From a virus: a stretch of DNA of 33,704 bases. This document shows positions 10,007 through 18,738 of the stretch, in pieces; positions within the stretch are counted from its first letter, which is position 1; each line of letters opens with the position of its first letter. The position numbers were made by a program, and so were the translations under genes. The stretch lies in the UHGV virus genome UHGV-0014912; one strand, given 5' to 3'. Below the pieces are notes generated by a model, which was not told the origin of the DNA, searched no databases, and saw only the letters and a list, made by a program, of their open reading frames with translations.

Positions 10007-12829
10007 TTATTTAGCTTCAAGTTCTTTAACGCGAGCACTTAATTCCTTGATAGCGTTAACAAGCAATGCGTTTACAGCAGCAGGGTTAACACCAAGAATT
10101 TCATCTTCACCGAAAGAACTAACAGCTTCTGGAAGAACTTCTTTTAAGTCTTGAGCAATAATACCTGCTTCTCGAACTTCGAATGAATATTCAGTTTCGA
10201 CTAAATCGGATTTCTTATCGTATACGTAACCAGTAAGTTTCTCGACTTTATCAACTGCGTTTTCAATTTCTTCAAAGTTTGATTTCAGACGTTTATCGGA
10301 AGTGCTAACCCATTGTGGAGCACTTGCTGTTCCGTTACCATCGAAGTGATAGTTTGCACCACCCACGTGTAATTGAGCCGCTGGTGCTGCGCCTTCTGGA
10401 TTATAAACGTCCATCGCAGCGCCATATTCTGAACCCCAGTGAACATGTTTCCAGATATTGATACATTTATTACGCGCAGGAGCTTCAACAATCATTCCAG
10501 CAGGACGTATACGCCATGCACCCCAATCAGCCCATCCCTCAACTTGACCTTGAATCATCGCATTACCTTCTCCAGTTCTAGTATTTCCTACGTAAATACC
10601 GCGAGATTCATTAGGAGAATTAACTGCAATTTGACGAACAGTATTTAATCCTGAAGGATTAAACGTAGCAAGATGAATCGAATCTGTAATAATCTCTAAA
10701 TGTCCGTCAGTTCTTTGACGAATACCAGTATCATTATCCCCAAAGGTGATAGAGTTCCCGCCTATACTGTTATGAGTGTTAACACCGAAACTCGTAATTC
10801 TATTTGTTTCAACTTGTTGAGCGTTAACCTTATTCGTAAAGAAGCCACCATAAGCATCAAAAATATAATTTGCTGCAATATCTTTTCGACCTTCTTCGTT
10901 AATACTTGCAACTCTAAGAACACCTTTGCCATTATCAATTGCGTTGTCTCTGATCATACCCAGTTCAACACGAGTCGGCCAACCTTTACCAAGTGAAACA
11001 CTTTGTAAACCATATCCAGGATAATAATCGCTTGTACCGGCTTGGTCACCAAATTCAATTGTTACAGGAGGAAGTTGATTCCATTGGTCTGCCCAAGCGT
11101 GACTATTGTCAGCAGCCCATTTTCTTCCGTCGATTATAATGTTTTTTTCGTGAAATCTTGCAATTCTATTACCGCCTACATTAACACCGAAGTATTTGTT
11201 TCCTGAATCCAACTCCAAGTCAACAGTAGAACTTTCGTCTTGATTAATAGTAGAACGTGCAATTAATCTATTCTCACCAGGACTTAAACGACCAAATAAC
11301 CATGATGTTTTGTCACCGTCTGTGCCTCTAATATATGCAGCTTCGCGGTTTTTCGTTTTTAGATTAATCGCTTCATATTCAGCAGACGTATTAAAACGAG
11401 TTGCGTTAATTGTTCCGTCACCTTGCATCGAAGCAATAAAATTATCAGGTCCAACACCGTGAAACCAACTGATTGAGTTAGTAGCTCTAGGATCGTCGCT
11501 TTGACCAACAACAGCTTCATGAAAAATAGTTAGGTCATTTCTAGCTCTCAGTTTACGAAGATGGTTTGATTGTTGCTCCTGAGCATTCCAAACAGGCAAA
11601 GATTCGCTATCGTAGCTTCCGTAAGACTTGTAGTTATAAATCGTCTGATAGAAACTTGCAGGACCAGAAACACCAAGACCTTCTTTAGTATCAATAAAAG
11701 TTCTGCCTGAGCCTCTCAGATAATGATAATATTTTCCCGAGTTAACTAATCCGAAATAACTTGTTGCATCACCAACGTTATTTCCATCTGTTGTCGTATC
11801 TATTTGAATTAAGGCATTACCTTCAGGAGCTATCTCATTAACATTTCCATCGGCATCACTTCTGAATCGGAAATGAGTTTTTCTATTAAAGAAGTTCTCC
11901 GAACCTGCGATAGAAGCTGTTACAACGTTATTTGAATAGAAGTTTAACCATCCGTCTTCTCTCCATTTAAAGCCTGTATCAGAATCTCCCATCATAATAC
12001 TATTAGAACCTAAGGCATTAGGATTAGAACCAAGATTTATATAATTTGTTTTAATACCATCTGCATTTAACTTAGGAACAGTTAAGTCTCCTGTCATCGT
12101 ATCACCAGACTTACTGACTTTTTCGTTAATCATATTAGTCAGAGTCTGATTATCAACAGTCAGTCGGTCATTAACTGCTTTAATCTTTTCGTCGGCATCA
12201 GCTTTATTCGCATCAACTTTGGTATTAATAGCTGTATCGTTCTGGTCAACTTTTGAATTCAGATTATCAACGCGAGTGTTAATAGCCGCGTCGTTAGCAT
12301 CGACTTTCTGTTCGAGTTTCGTCAGGTCAGCACTTGAGCCTGTTTGGACTTTACTGATTTCAGAATCAACGTAATCTTTACGAGTAGCGCTTTCAGGAGC
12401 AGCAGGAGCAGAAGGTAAAGAAAACTGACCATTACCGTTAAGCACAAAGTCAGAACGCTCTCCTGTAGCTTTTCCTTTCTCTACCGTAATACGAAGTTCG
12501 CCTTTAGCGTCTGTCTGAGCAGGAGAACTAATACGCGCTTTTGCTTTACCGTGTTCATCAGCAAAAACAATATCGCTTTTATCAAGATTTTTTAAAGTCA
12601 GATTCGAATCGGATTCGATATAACTTGCTTTAATTTTGCCAGTAAAGGTCTGACCGCCTTCAACAACAGCGTCAGCACCATTACCGATGTTAATAACAGA
12701 GTCGCCTAGTTTAGTGAAAATCTTTCGATCGGCTAAGTTAATAGCGATTTCACCATCAAGCATGTTTTTTGCTTCTGGCTTTCTTCCGGCGACGTCTGTT
12801 CTATAATGTTTAACTTTGTTATTTGCCAT
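10007..12829 (-). CDS. Tail fibre protein with C-terminal intramolecular chaperone (S74-type autoproteolytic) domain
   Basis: 940 aa; periodic coiled-coil repeats (NTRVDNLNSKVDQNDTAINTKVDANKADADEKIKAVNDRL); C-terminal block (SDKRLKSNFEEI...GVNPAAVNALLVNAIKEL...ELEAK) typical of endosialidase-type chaperone domains. Confidence 0.65.
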   Translation of the reverse strand: MANNKVKHYRTDVAGRKPEAKNMLDGEIAINLADRKIFTKLGDSVINIGNGADAVVEGGQTFTGKIKASYIESDSNLTLKNLDKSDIVFADEHGKAKARISSPAQTDAKGELRITVEKGKATGERSDFVLNGNGQFSLPSAPAAPESATRKDYVDSEISKVQTGSSADLTKLEQKVDANDAAINTRVDNLNSKVDQNDTAINTKVDANKADADEKIKAVNDRLTVDNQTLTNMINEKVSKSGDTMTGDLTVPKLNADGIKTNYINLGSNPNALGSNSIMMGDSDTGFKWREDGWLNFYSNNVVTASIAGSENFFNRKTHFRFRSDADGNVNEIAPEGNALIQIDTTTDGNNVGDATSYFGLVNSGKYYHYLRGSGRTFIDTKEGLGVSGPASFYQTIYNYKSYGSYDSESLPVWNAQEQQSNHLRKLRARNDLTIFHEAVVGQSDDPRATNSISWFHGVGPDNFIASMQGDGTINATRFNTSAEYEAINLKTKNREAAYIRGTDGDKTSWLFGRLSPGENRLIARSTINQDESSTVDLELDSGNKYFGVNVGGNRIARFHEKNIIIDGRKWAADNSHAWADQWNQLPPVTIEFGDQAGTSDYYPGYGLQSVSLGKGWPTRVELGMIRDNAIDNGKGVLRVASINEEGRKDIAANYIFDAYGGFFTNKVNAQQVETNRITSFGVNTHNSIGGNSITFGDNDTGIRQRTDGHLEIITDSIHLATFNPSGLNTVRQIAVNSPNESRGIYVGNTRTGEGNAMIQGQVEGWADWGAWRIRPAGMIVEAPARNKCINIWKHVHWGSEYGAAMDVYNPEGAAPAAQLHVGGANYHFDGNGTASAPQWVSTSDKRLKSNFEEIENAVDKVEKLTGYVYDKKSDLVETEYSFEVREAGIIAQDLKEVLPEAVSSFGEDEILGVNPAAVNALLVNAIKELSARVKELEAK

Positions 12830-12841
12830 TTTCTTTATCCG

Positions 12842-13870
12842 TTAAAAAACTCCTGCATCTAAGGTTTCTCCTAACGCTACACAATTAATCTCTAATGGAG
12901 TTGGTTTATTACTTGGAGAATAGACTTCTGAGCCTTTGACCTTTACAGAAGTTGAGTTAATTTCATTACTATTTAGAGCCAGAATTTCACCTTGAGGAGC
13001 AGAAATCTTTTTACGTACTGTCAGATATTCCTCAATAACAAGTGAACCTTTCAGAGTTCCACCAGTAATTGGCAAAGCGTTAATATCTTCAGGAGTAGGA
13101 CGTTCAAGTTCTGTATAGACTTTCACCCACGGAGATTCTGTAACAGTTTCGTCGTGTGCAAGTTGCTTATTTCTGATTCTTATACTTGGATTACCGACTG
13201 ACGAACCAATAAGCTCCCAACCTTGACCATCAGGATGCTGAATAGCCATAGCAGACGTGCCAGAGTTATAAGGGTTATCGCTGTTCATTGCATCAACTGT
13301 TATCCATCTATTACCAGTTAATAGACCTAAGTCTTTGACACCCTCGATTTCTTCTGTACCAGCACCAACACCATAATCACCAACGTTTAACGGAGTTGTG
13401 AATTCAGCAAAGCCAGTAAAAATCTGACCATCAGGAGAAAGATTAAAAGTCGTAGTAACAACTGAGTTTTCGGAGCCTGTTGTTTCTTTCTTAGTTACCC
13501 AAGCGTTGAAAATATGATACAGACCGGATTCATTTTCTTTTTTCGATTCACCATCGATAACATAAAGGTTTCTGAATCTGATCAGTTTCTTTTCCATTAG
13601 CGCTTCGTCAAGCAACTGATAAACTGGGTCATCAGAAGTTTCAAAAAGACTTATAGAAGTGTCATTAACTGTTACATCACCAGATAATTTAACCGTAAAG
13701 TCATCGCGAAAGTCTTCCAGCGATTGGACATCTTTCTTGAAACCGATAACAGGAAAAGCAGCAAGATTCGCAGTTGAAATATATCCTGGGTCGTTATAAC
13801 CGGGGTGCTCAACGACTTCTGGGTTTACTGAAACTCTTACGTTATTTCCTACAAAAATATCATTTGTCAT
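12842..13870 (-). CDS. Tail structural protein (tube-like or fibre-associated)
   Basis: 342 aa between the head-tail genes and the tail fibre; C-terminal LPITGGTLKGSL resembles the GGTMTG motif of fibre shafts. Confidence 0.3.
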   Translation of the reverse strand: MTNDIFVGNNVRVSVNPEVVEHPGYNDPGYISTANLAAFPVIGFKKDVQSLEDFRDDFTVKLSGDVTVNDTSISLFETSDDPVYQLLDEALMEKKLIRFRNLYVIDGESKKENESGLYHIFNAWVTKKETTGSENSVVTTTFNLSPDGQIFTGFAEFTTPLNVGDYGVGAGTEEIEGVKDLGLLTGNRWITVDAMNSDNPYNSGTSAMAIQHPDGQGWELIGSSVGNPSIRIRNKQLAHDETVTESPWVKVYTELERPTPEDINALPITGGTLKGSLVIEEYLTVRKKISAPQGEILALNSNEINSTSVKVKGSEVYSPSNKPTPLEINCVALGETLDAGVF

Positions 13871-13877
13871 TTCTGCC

Positions 13878-14276
13878 TCACATTATGTATTCAAAAGTTA
13901 AAATTACTTGTGCGCTAACATGACCATTTGATGCTTCACCGTCGTAATCGGTAAAACTCGAACTCGGATAAATTTTATTGATTTTAAATTCACGAAGTTT
14001 CGGATCATCAGCTTTAATAGAAATCAGGTCGTAAACAGCTTTGTGAACGTCTGTTTCCTTTTTCTCAGAGAAAATATTAATCGTAATATTTAAAACGGCT
14101 GATAGCTTCGATTGAAGATTAATTCTTGTGTATTCTTCTGTCATTTCTGGAATCATCACTTGAACTGTTTCTGTAACTCCAGTTGTAAAAGCATTCTTTA
14201 CGTATTTCAGTTTTAGTTCTTTTACAATTATTTCTTCCAGTGCTCGTTTAATTCCTAAGCGTGGCATATTAATCAT
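13878..14276 (-). CDS. Hypothetical head-tail connector or completion protein
   Basis: ORF track extends to 14336, but GGAGAC RBS plus ATG at 14276 immediately after the upstream stop suggests the shorter start; position between capsid and tail genes. Confidence 0.3.
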   Translation of the reverse strand: MINMPRLGIKRALEEIIVKELKLKYVKNAFTTGVTETVQVMIPEMTEEYTRINLQSKLSAVLNITINIFSEKKETDVHKAVYDLISIKADDPKLREFKINKIYPSSSFTDYDGEASNGHVSAQVILTFEYIM

Positions 14277-14565
14277 AGAATGAGGTCTCCTGTTCATTTT
14301 TATAAGCAAGGTAGCAATTAACGAGTCCTGAACCATCGTTTGTCAGATAAGCGACGTTATACAAAATCTCGTTTAACAAAACAGAATCGTCTTGCTTAAT
14401 TGAGTTAATATCAGTGGTTATATAGATTGTCTCGCTTACTTGTCCGTTATCGTTATTAATTTCAATCTCAACAATACCAAGAGCGTCTTTATCGTTGATT
14501 TTAATTTTTTGACCGAAACGAGTTAAGAAAGACTGTTTTTGTTTTTCTGTATATGGGAAAATCAT
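14269..14565 (-). CDS. Hypothetical head completion or adaptor protein
   Basis: 98 aa directly downstream of the capsid gene terminator; RBS AAGGAGA. Confidence 0.3.
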   Translation of the reverse strand: MIFPYTEKQKQSFLTRFGQKIKINDKDALGIVEIEINNDNGQVSETIYITTDINSIKQDDSVLLNEILYNVAYLTNDGSGLVNCYLAYKNEQETSFYD

Positions 14566-14580
14566 GTTGTCTCCTTTTTA

Positions 14581-14590
14581 TTTTATTTAG
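14581..14590 (-). promoter_or_regulatory. CTAAATAAAA motif upstream of the 14269..14565 gene
   Basis: Near-exact copy (9 of 10) of the CTAAATAAAG motif between the capsid terminator and the RBS. Confidence 0.3.
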
Positions 14591-14600
14591 TCCAGAAACG

Positions 14601-14625
14601 AAAAAGGGACCCCTTTCGGAGTCCC
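14601..14625 (-). terminator. Intrinsic terminator after the major capsid gene
   Basis: GGGAC...GTCCC stem-loop with flanking A/T runs, immediately 3' of the capsid stop. Confidence 0.55.
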
Positions 14626-14644
14626 TTTGATTAATCAATTAAGA

Positions 14645-16615
14645 TTATTTTGCAGCTTTAGAACCAGCAGCTTCTGCTTTTTCATACAGATACAGACGGT
14701 CGTCAGCACAAACTTTCCAATCGATGTCAGCCCAAACACGTGGAACGATAGCACCGCGTGATTTGTAAGTTGTATCGTCCAGGTCAAGTGCAAGACCTTC
14801 CCATTCAGCAACAGTAACAGCAGAGAAATCACCAGCGATAACATTACCATCTTTCACCAGACCGGATCCGATAACGTCCTGTCCGCCGATTTTGTTCATG
14901 TCGTCGATGATATAACCAGCAACGTTCTGATCACGCAGGGTGGTTTTCAGATCACCTTCAAGAGCAGCAGCCATCAGATATTTGAACTTAGCCATTTCAA
15001 CGCCGTTACCTTTAGCTTTTGCAGCTTCAACGATGAACTCTTTGTAGGACATTCCCATTTTCTGAGCTACTAACTGTGCAACGATACTTTCTGGAGCTTT
15101 AGCATCGGTAATAGAACCGAACATCAGACCTTCCAGTTTAGCGCGAGACTGTTTTACGATGTGATCAGAAATGAAGCTTCCCAGATTAGGCATAGTCAAC
15201 AGAGCCTGACGAGAGATTGGGTTACCACCAGTAAATGTCTTAGGCATGAACTGAATGTTGGTAAATGCGCTTTCACCTTCTGGAGATTCACCGTTTTCGT
15301 CAACGAAACCGAATGCATCAACTGAGGATTTAGTCTGCTTAGGAACAGAAATTGGAGTTGTCAGACCGGTCAGGAAGTTCATTCCCAGTTGATCAGCAAC
15401 AGTGCCTTTCAGAAGCATTTCAACGAATGAATCGTAACGCTGAACTTCTTGCTGTACGCTTGATACAGTAGAAACGGTGTTGATTGCGCGGGCGTTCTGA
15501 GCAAGAGTATTAACAGGCAAGAAAATACCAGTCGAAACGTTCTGACCACGTTGTAGACGCTTACGAGTCATTTCCTGAGTATATTCAGCAGCAGCACCGC
15601 GAACAGCTTTACCAGCCATCATAGAGCGAACAGCATCACCAAGGTCGAATTTATTTTCCAGATTTACTTTAGTATCTTTAGTCATTTTACGAATTACCGC
15701 CGGAGCTTTGTTAGGTTTAATAGAGCGTTTGAATGCACGAGCTGTCATGCCTTTTGCAATTGCGTTCGCAACTTCTTTCTGCGGAACTTTATAACGTTCT
15801 GCGACTTCCAGAATTTCTTCTGTTTCTTCTGCGCGTTCTTCTTCTGTCAGTTCGTCATCAGCATGGGATTTATCAGTTTCGGTAACAGCAACGTCACCAG
15901 CTTGTTCTGCGTTTGCTTTATCTTCTGCAAGAATTTCTTCGCGTTTTGCGCGAGCTTCTTCTGGCATTGATTCAATTTCATCGATAGACATATCGGTCAA
16001 TTCTTCAATCGCCATTTCAACGATTTCGTCAACGGTAATATCTTCAAAACGTTTCATCTTATTTCCTCTATTTGTTGAATTTAATTTTTCGCGCAATTTC
16101 GTAGCGCTTTTGTTATCTGTATTTAGAAGTCTTCCCAGCCCAACAAAATCGTCAGCAGGAACAGTTACGAAACTAATTTCGTATGGTGCCCATTTTGTAA
16201 CTAACAGATTATCGCCTTGAAGTTCATATTCATTGATGTCGTATCCGAAGGAGATTTTACTAATAGTTCCTTCTTTAACTTTTTCATAAACTTCTTTAGC
16301 TAATGCACCGTGTTTACTAAATTGGACTTTTGCGCGACCAAATCGGTCACTATCGATTCGAACAGAACCAGGAATTACTTTTCCCAGATGATTATCGAAA
16401 TTATGATTGAACAGCAGAGCCGCACCATTATTAATTCGAGTCAAGTCGGCATTATCTGGACCATCGTGAACAAGAATTTCATTAACAGTAACAGGGTGAC
16501 CATATTCGTTTTCAATCTGACGCTCGACAGGAGTTTCAGAGCTAAACGCAATTTCAAAAATACCATCGGATTCAGTAATATCTTGAACTGTATACTCGCG
16601 TTTTAATTTAAGCAT
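14645..16615 (-). CDS. Prohead protease - scaffold - major capsid protein fusion (HK97-fold capsid), with an in-frame internal start for a capsid-only product
   Basis: Single ORF; N-terminal ~165 aa protease-like, acidic scaffold-like linker, C-terminal capsid-like region; ORF track start at 16627 is TTG, ATG at 16615 has a GAGGA RBS; internal in-frame ATG at 16057 with AGAGGAAATAAG RBS. Confidence 0.65.
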   Translation of the reverse strand: MLKLKREYTVQDITESDGIFEIAFSSETPVERQIENEYGHPVTVNEILVHDGPDNADLTRINNGAALLFNHNFDNHLGKVIPGSVRIDSDRFGRAKVQFSKHGALAKEVYEKVKEGTISKISFGYDINEYELQGDNLLVTKWAPYEISFVTVPADDFVGLGRLLNTDNKSATKLREKLNSTNRGNKMKRFEDITVDEIVEMAIEELTDMSIDEIESMPEEARAKREEILAEDKANAEQAGDVAVTETDKSHADDELTEEERAEETEEILEVAERYKVPQKEVANAIAKGMTARAFKRSIKPNKAPAVIRKMTKDTKVNLENKFDLGDAVRSMMAGKAVRGAAAEYTQEMTRKRLQRGQNVSTGIFLPVNTLAQNARAINTVSTVSSVQQEVQRYDSFVEMLLKGTVADQLGMNFLTGLTTPISVPKQTKSSVDAFGFVDENGESPEGESAFTNIQFMPKTFTGGNPISRQALLTMPNLGSFISDHIVKQSRAKLEGLMFGSITDAKAPESIVAQLVAQKMGMSYKEFIVEAAKAKGNGVEMAKFKYLMAAALEGDLKTTLRDQNVAGYIIDDMNKIGGQDVIGSGLVKDGNVIAGDFSAVTVAEWEGLALDLDDTTYKSRGAIVPRVWADIDWKVCADDRLYLYEKAEAAGSKAAK

Positions 16616-16668
16616 TTTAGTCCTCAAGATTGAGCGTCTTTCGACGCTCTTTTGTTTTCTGAATATAT

Positions 16669-18225
16669 TTAGATGTCCTTCCCAGAGTTGTCCGAATTAA
16701 TTTCTGCAACCTCAACTTGTGCACCAGCAGCAAGTTGAGCAGGAGCCGCAGCAACTTTAATTTGATTATCGTACTTAGGAATATAACGATTTCGTTCCTG
16801 TTCAATCTGAGCAAACACCATGTCTGGATCTTCACCACGACTAATAATAACGTCAGCAGCAGATTTAAAACCGTTTTCAACATCAATAGAGTCTTTCTGA
16901 GAATCTTTAATTGGGTCAATTGATTCCCACGCTGGATAAGTCCAAGAGATTTTGCTTAGAACCAGAGGAATAGCAGTCATCTTAATGTCAACTTGCTCTT
17001 TAAGAATTGCCCATCCTAACCATTTCTCGAAAATAACCTCGAAAACTTGCTCTTTAAGGTCACGCTGAACAGATTTAAACATCACTCTTTGAGCTTGATC
17101 ACCGAAGCGAGCCGCGGAGTAGTTAATATTTGCAGTGTCACCTTTCCAGCCTTGCTTATAAAAGCCATAACCCATTGCAAGGTGGTCTTCCAAACGATCG
17201 GTAAAGCTAATGAAATCATCACCGCCTTGAGTGCTTGTAAATTGCTTAATATCATGACCTGCAGGCAATTGATGAATCGTACCAGCTTCGAATTCTTGAA
17301 TAATATCAGGAGCAGCATATTCTTTGTCTTCGTCGTCTTCTGCCAGATCGATACTTTCTTGACCATCTTTATCCTGAGTGATGAAGCCCATAGAACTTGC
17401 GGCAGCACGTTTTTGAACCAGAGTTGCAAAAGCAAAAGCGTTATATTGATTCATAGTGTCGATATTCGCCACAGCTTCTGGAATACCTCTGCGTTGATCA
17501 GGAAATAATTCTCTGTAATAGTGAATAATCTCGTTAGCAGGAACACCGTAACAATCACCGCCTTCTGTTTGTGTCGATTGATTCATTTCTTTAAACCAAT
17601 AACGAACAGGAGCGTCGTCGTTGTCGTATTCGATACCATCTAGAATATAACCGTCGTCTGTTTGCTGTCTGTCACCGTATTTACAGCGGGCAGCTTCGAT
17701 AATCTCCAGTTTGAATTCATCATCTTCGTGAATTCTGATAAAAACTTCACCGTCGATAAATCGTGAACGTTCTACGAGTTGTTGAAAACGACGCCAGTTA
17801 ATACGTCTGTTTTTGCTAAAGCGTTTAGCGTTTTTTGACCAGAATTCAAACTGAGTCATAATTTCATTGTTTAGCTGAACATTAGGACGTCCGTCAGTTC
17901 CTAGAATTCGAACCTGAGGATTAATTCCTTCACCAATAACGTTATCAACTTGATACTGAACAGCGCGTTTACCCAAAGGAGTATTAATGCTGATAGTTCT
18001 GGACATCGCTCGTACGTTGTCAGCAGATGAACGAATTTCGTTATTGATTGTTGCAGTTCTGATTAACGATTCTTGAAAATCGTCATCAAGTCGATCTGTT
18101 CTTGGACCAATCTGACGTTTTAATTCATTACCAAAAGCTGTATCGTTGTTAATAACAAGTTTCGGACTTTTTTGTTTTCGCTGTTTTGATTCAGGACGTT
18201 TTCTGAACCAATCTAGAATATTCAT
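16669..18225 (-). CDS. Portal protein (lambda B-like)
   Basis: 518 aa; block NYSAARFGDQAQRVMFKSVQRDLKEQVFEVIFEKWL resembles the lambda B region SYSSARASANESWRYFMGRRKFIAARLATQMF; follows the large terminase. Confidence 0.65.
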   Translation of the reverse strand: MNILDWFRKRPESKQRKQKSPKLVINNDTAFGNELKRQIGPRTDRLDDDFQESLIRTATINNEIRSSADNVRAMSRTISINTPLGKRAVQYQVDNVIGEGINPQVRILGTDGRPNVQLNNEIMTQFEFWSKNAKRFSKNRRINWRRFQQLVERSRFIDGEVFIRIHEDDEFKLEIIEAARCKYGDRQQTDDGYILDGIEYDNDDAPVRYWFKEMNQSTQTEGGDCYGVPANEIIHYYRELFPDQRRGIPEAVANIDTMNQYNAFAFATLVQKRAAASSMGFITQDKDGQESIDLAEDDEDKEYAAPDIIQEFEAGTIHQLPAGHDIKQFTSTQGGDDFISFTDRLEDHLAMGYGFYKQGWKGDTANINYSAARFGDQAQRVMFKSVQRDLKEQVFEVIFEKWLGWAILKEQVDIKMTAIPLVLSKISWTYPAWESIDPIKDSQKDSIDVENGFKSAADVIISRGEDPDMVFAQIEQERNRYIPKYDNQIKVAAAPAQLAAGAQVEVAEINSDNSGKDI

Positions 18226-18704
18226 GGATTTTTAAACCTCACTTTGATGGTCGTAACAGGTGATTCACCGTTTGCCATTTTTTCGGATCTAATAAGACTT
18301 GCCAGATTCGAAACAAGACGTTTTCTGGCTAATAGCAACGAATCAAGAGTTTCATAAACGAAAGATTTTCCGTTGATGCTCATTTGTTGAATAGCTTCTT
18401 CGTTGTTTGTAAGTCTGTATTCAATAACTTTGTCCAAGTCGTTTATTAATTCTCGAAGTTGTTGTTTCTTCGATTTTTCATTAAACGGTGACTTAACTTT
18501 AATTAATTCATTTGAAATCAAAGCGCCGTTACTAAAGATAACAACCGAGAAAGTTCCTTCGATAAAATCAGAAGTATCCACCCCGATATCAGCGGGGCAG
18601 TTTTCTTGCTTGAACAAAACAGTTTCTTTTGAACCGATTTGAACGTTAGCGCCTTGAGCATTAGTTAATTGAAGTTTTTCACCGATGAAAATTTCTTTTG
18701 TCAT
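18222..18704 (-). CDS. Hypothetical protein between terminase and portal (possibly head-tail joining, W-like)
   Basis: 160 aa; stop overlaps the portal start; no confident motif. Confidence 0.3.
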   Translation of the reverse strand: MTKEIFIGEKLQLTNAQGANVQIGSKETVLFKQENCPADIGVDTSDFIEGTFSVVIFSNGALISNELIKVKSPFNEKSKKQQLRELINDLDKVIEYRLTNNEEAIQQMSINGKSFVYETLDSLLLARKRLVSNLASLIRSEKMANGESPVTTIKVRFKNP

Positions 18705-18728
18705 TCTGGTATCCTCATCAGTAATATT

Positions 18729-18738
18729 CTTTATTTAG
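18729..18738 (-). promoter_or_regulatory. CTAAATAAAG motif overlapping the large terminase stop, upstream of the 18222..18704 gene
   Basis: Exact 10-mer 27 nt upstream of the ATG. Confidence 0.35.

Noticed and set aside
10285-10996. Several 66-98 aa ORFs inside or antisense to the tail fibre gene
   Set aside because: All nested within the 940-aa frame, with no RBS and no recognisable motifs.
14635-14850. 71-aa minus-strand ORF overlapping the capsid C-terminus in another frame
   Set aside because: Lies inside the capsid coding region and across its terminator; hydrophobic low-complexity translation.
16617-17508. Alternative-frame and antisense ORFs overlapping the portal gene (16617..16919, 16717..16923, 17047..17508, 17082..17435)
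   Set aside because: Embedded in the portal frame, which has coherent portal-like sequence; Leu/Lys-rich artefacts.
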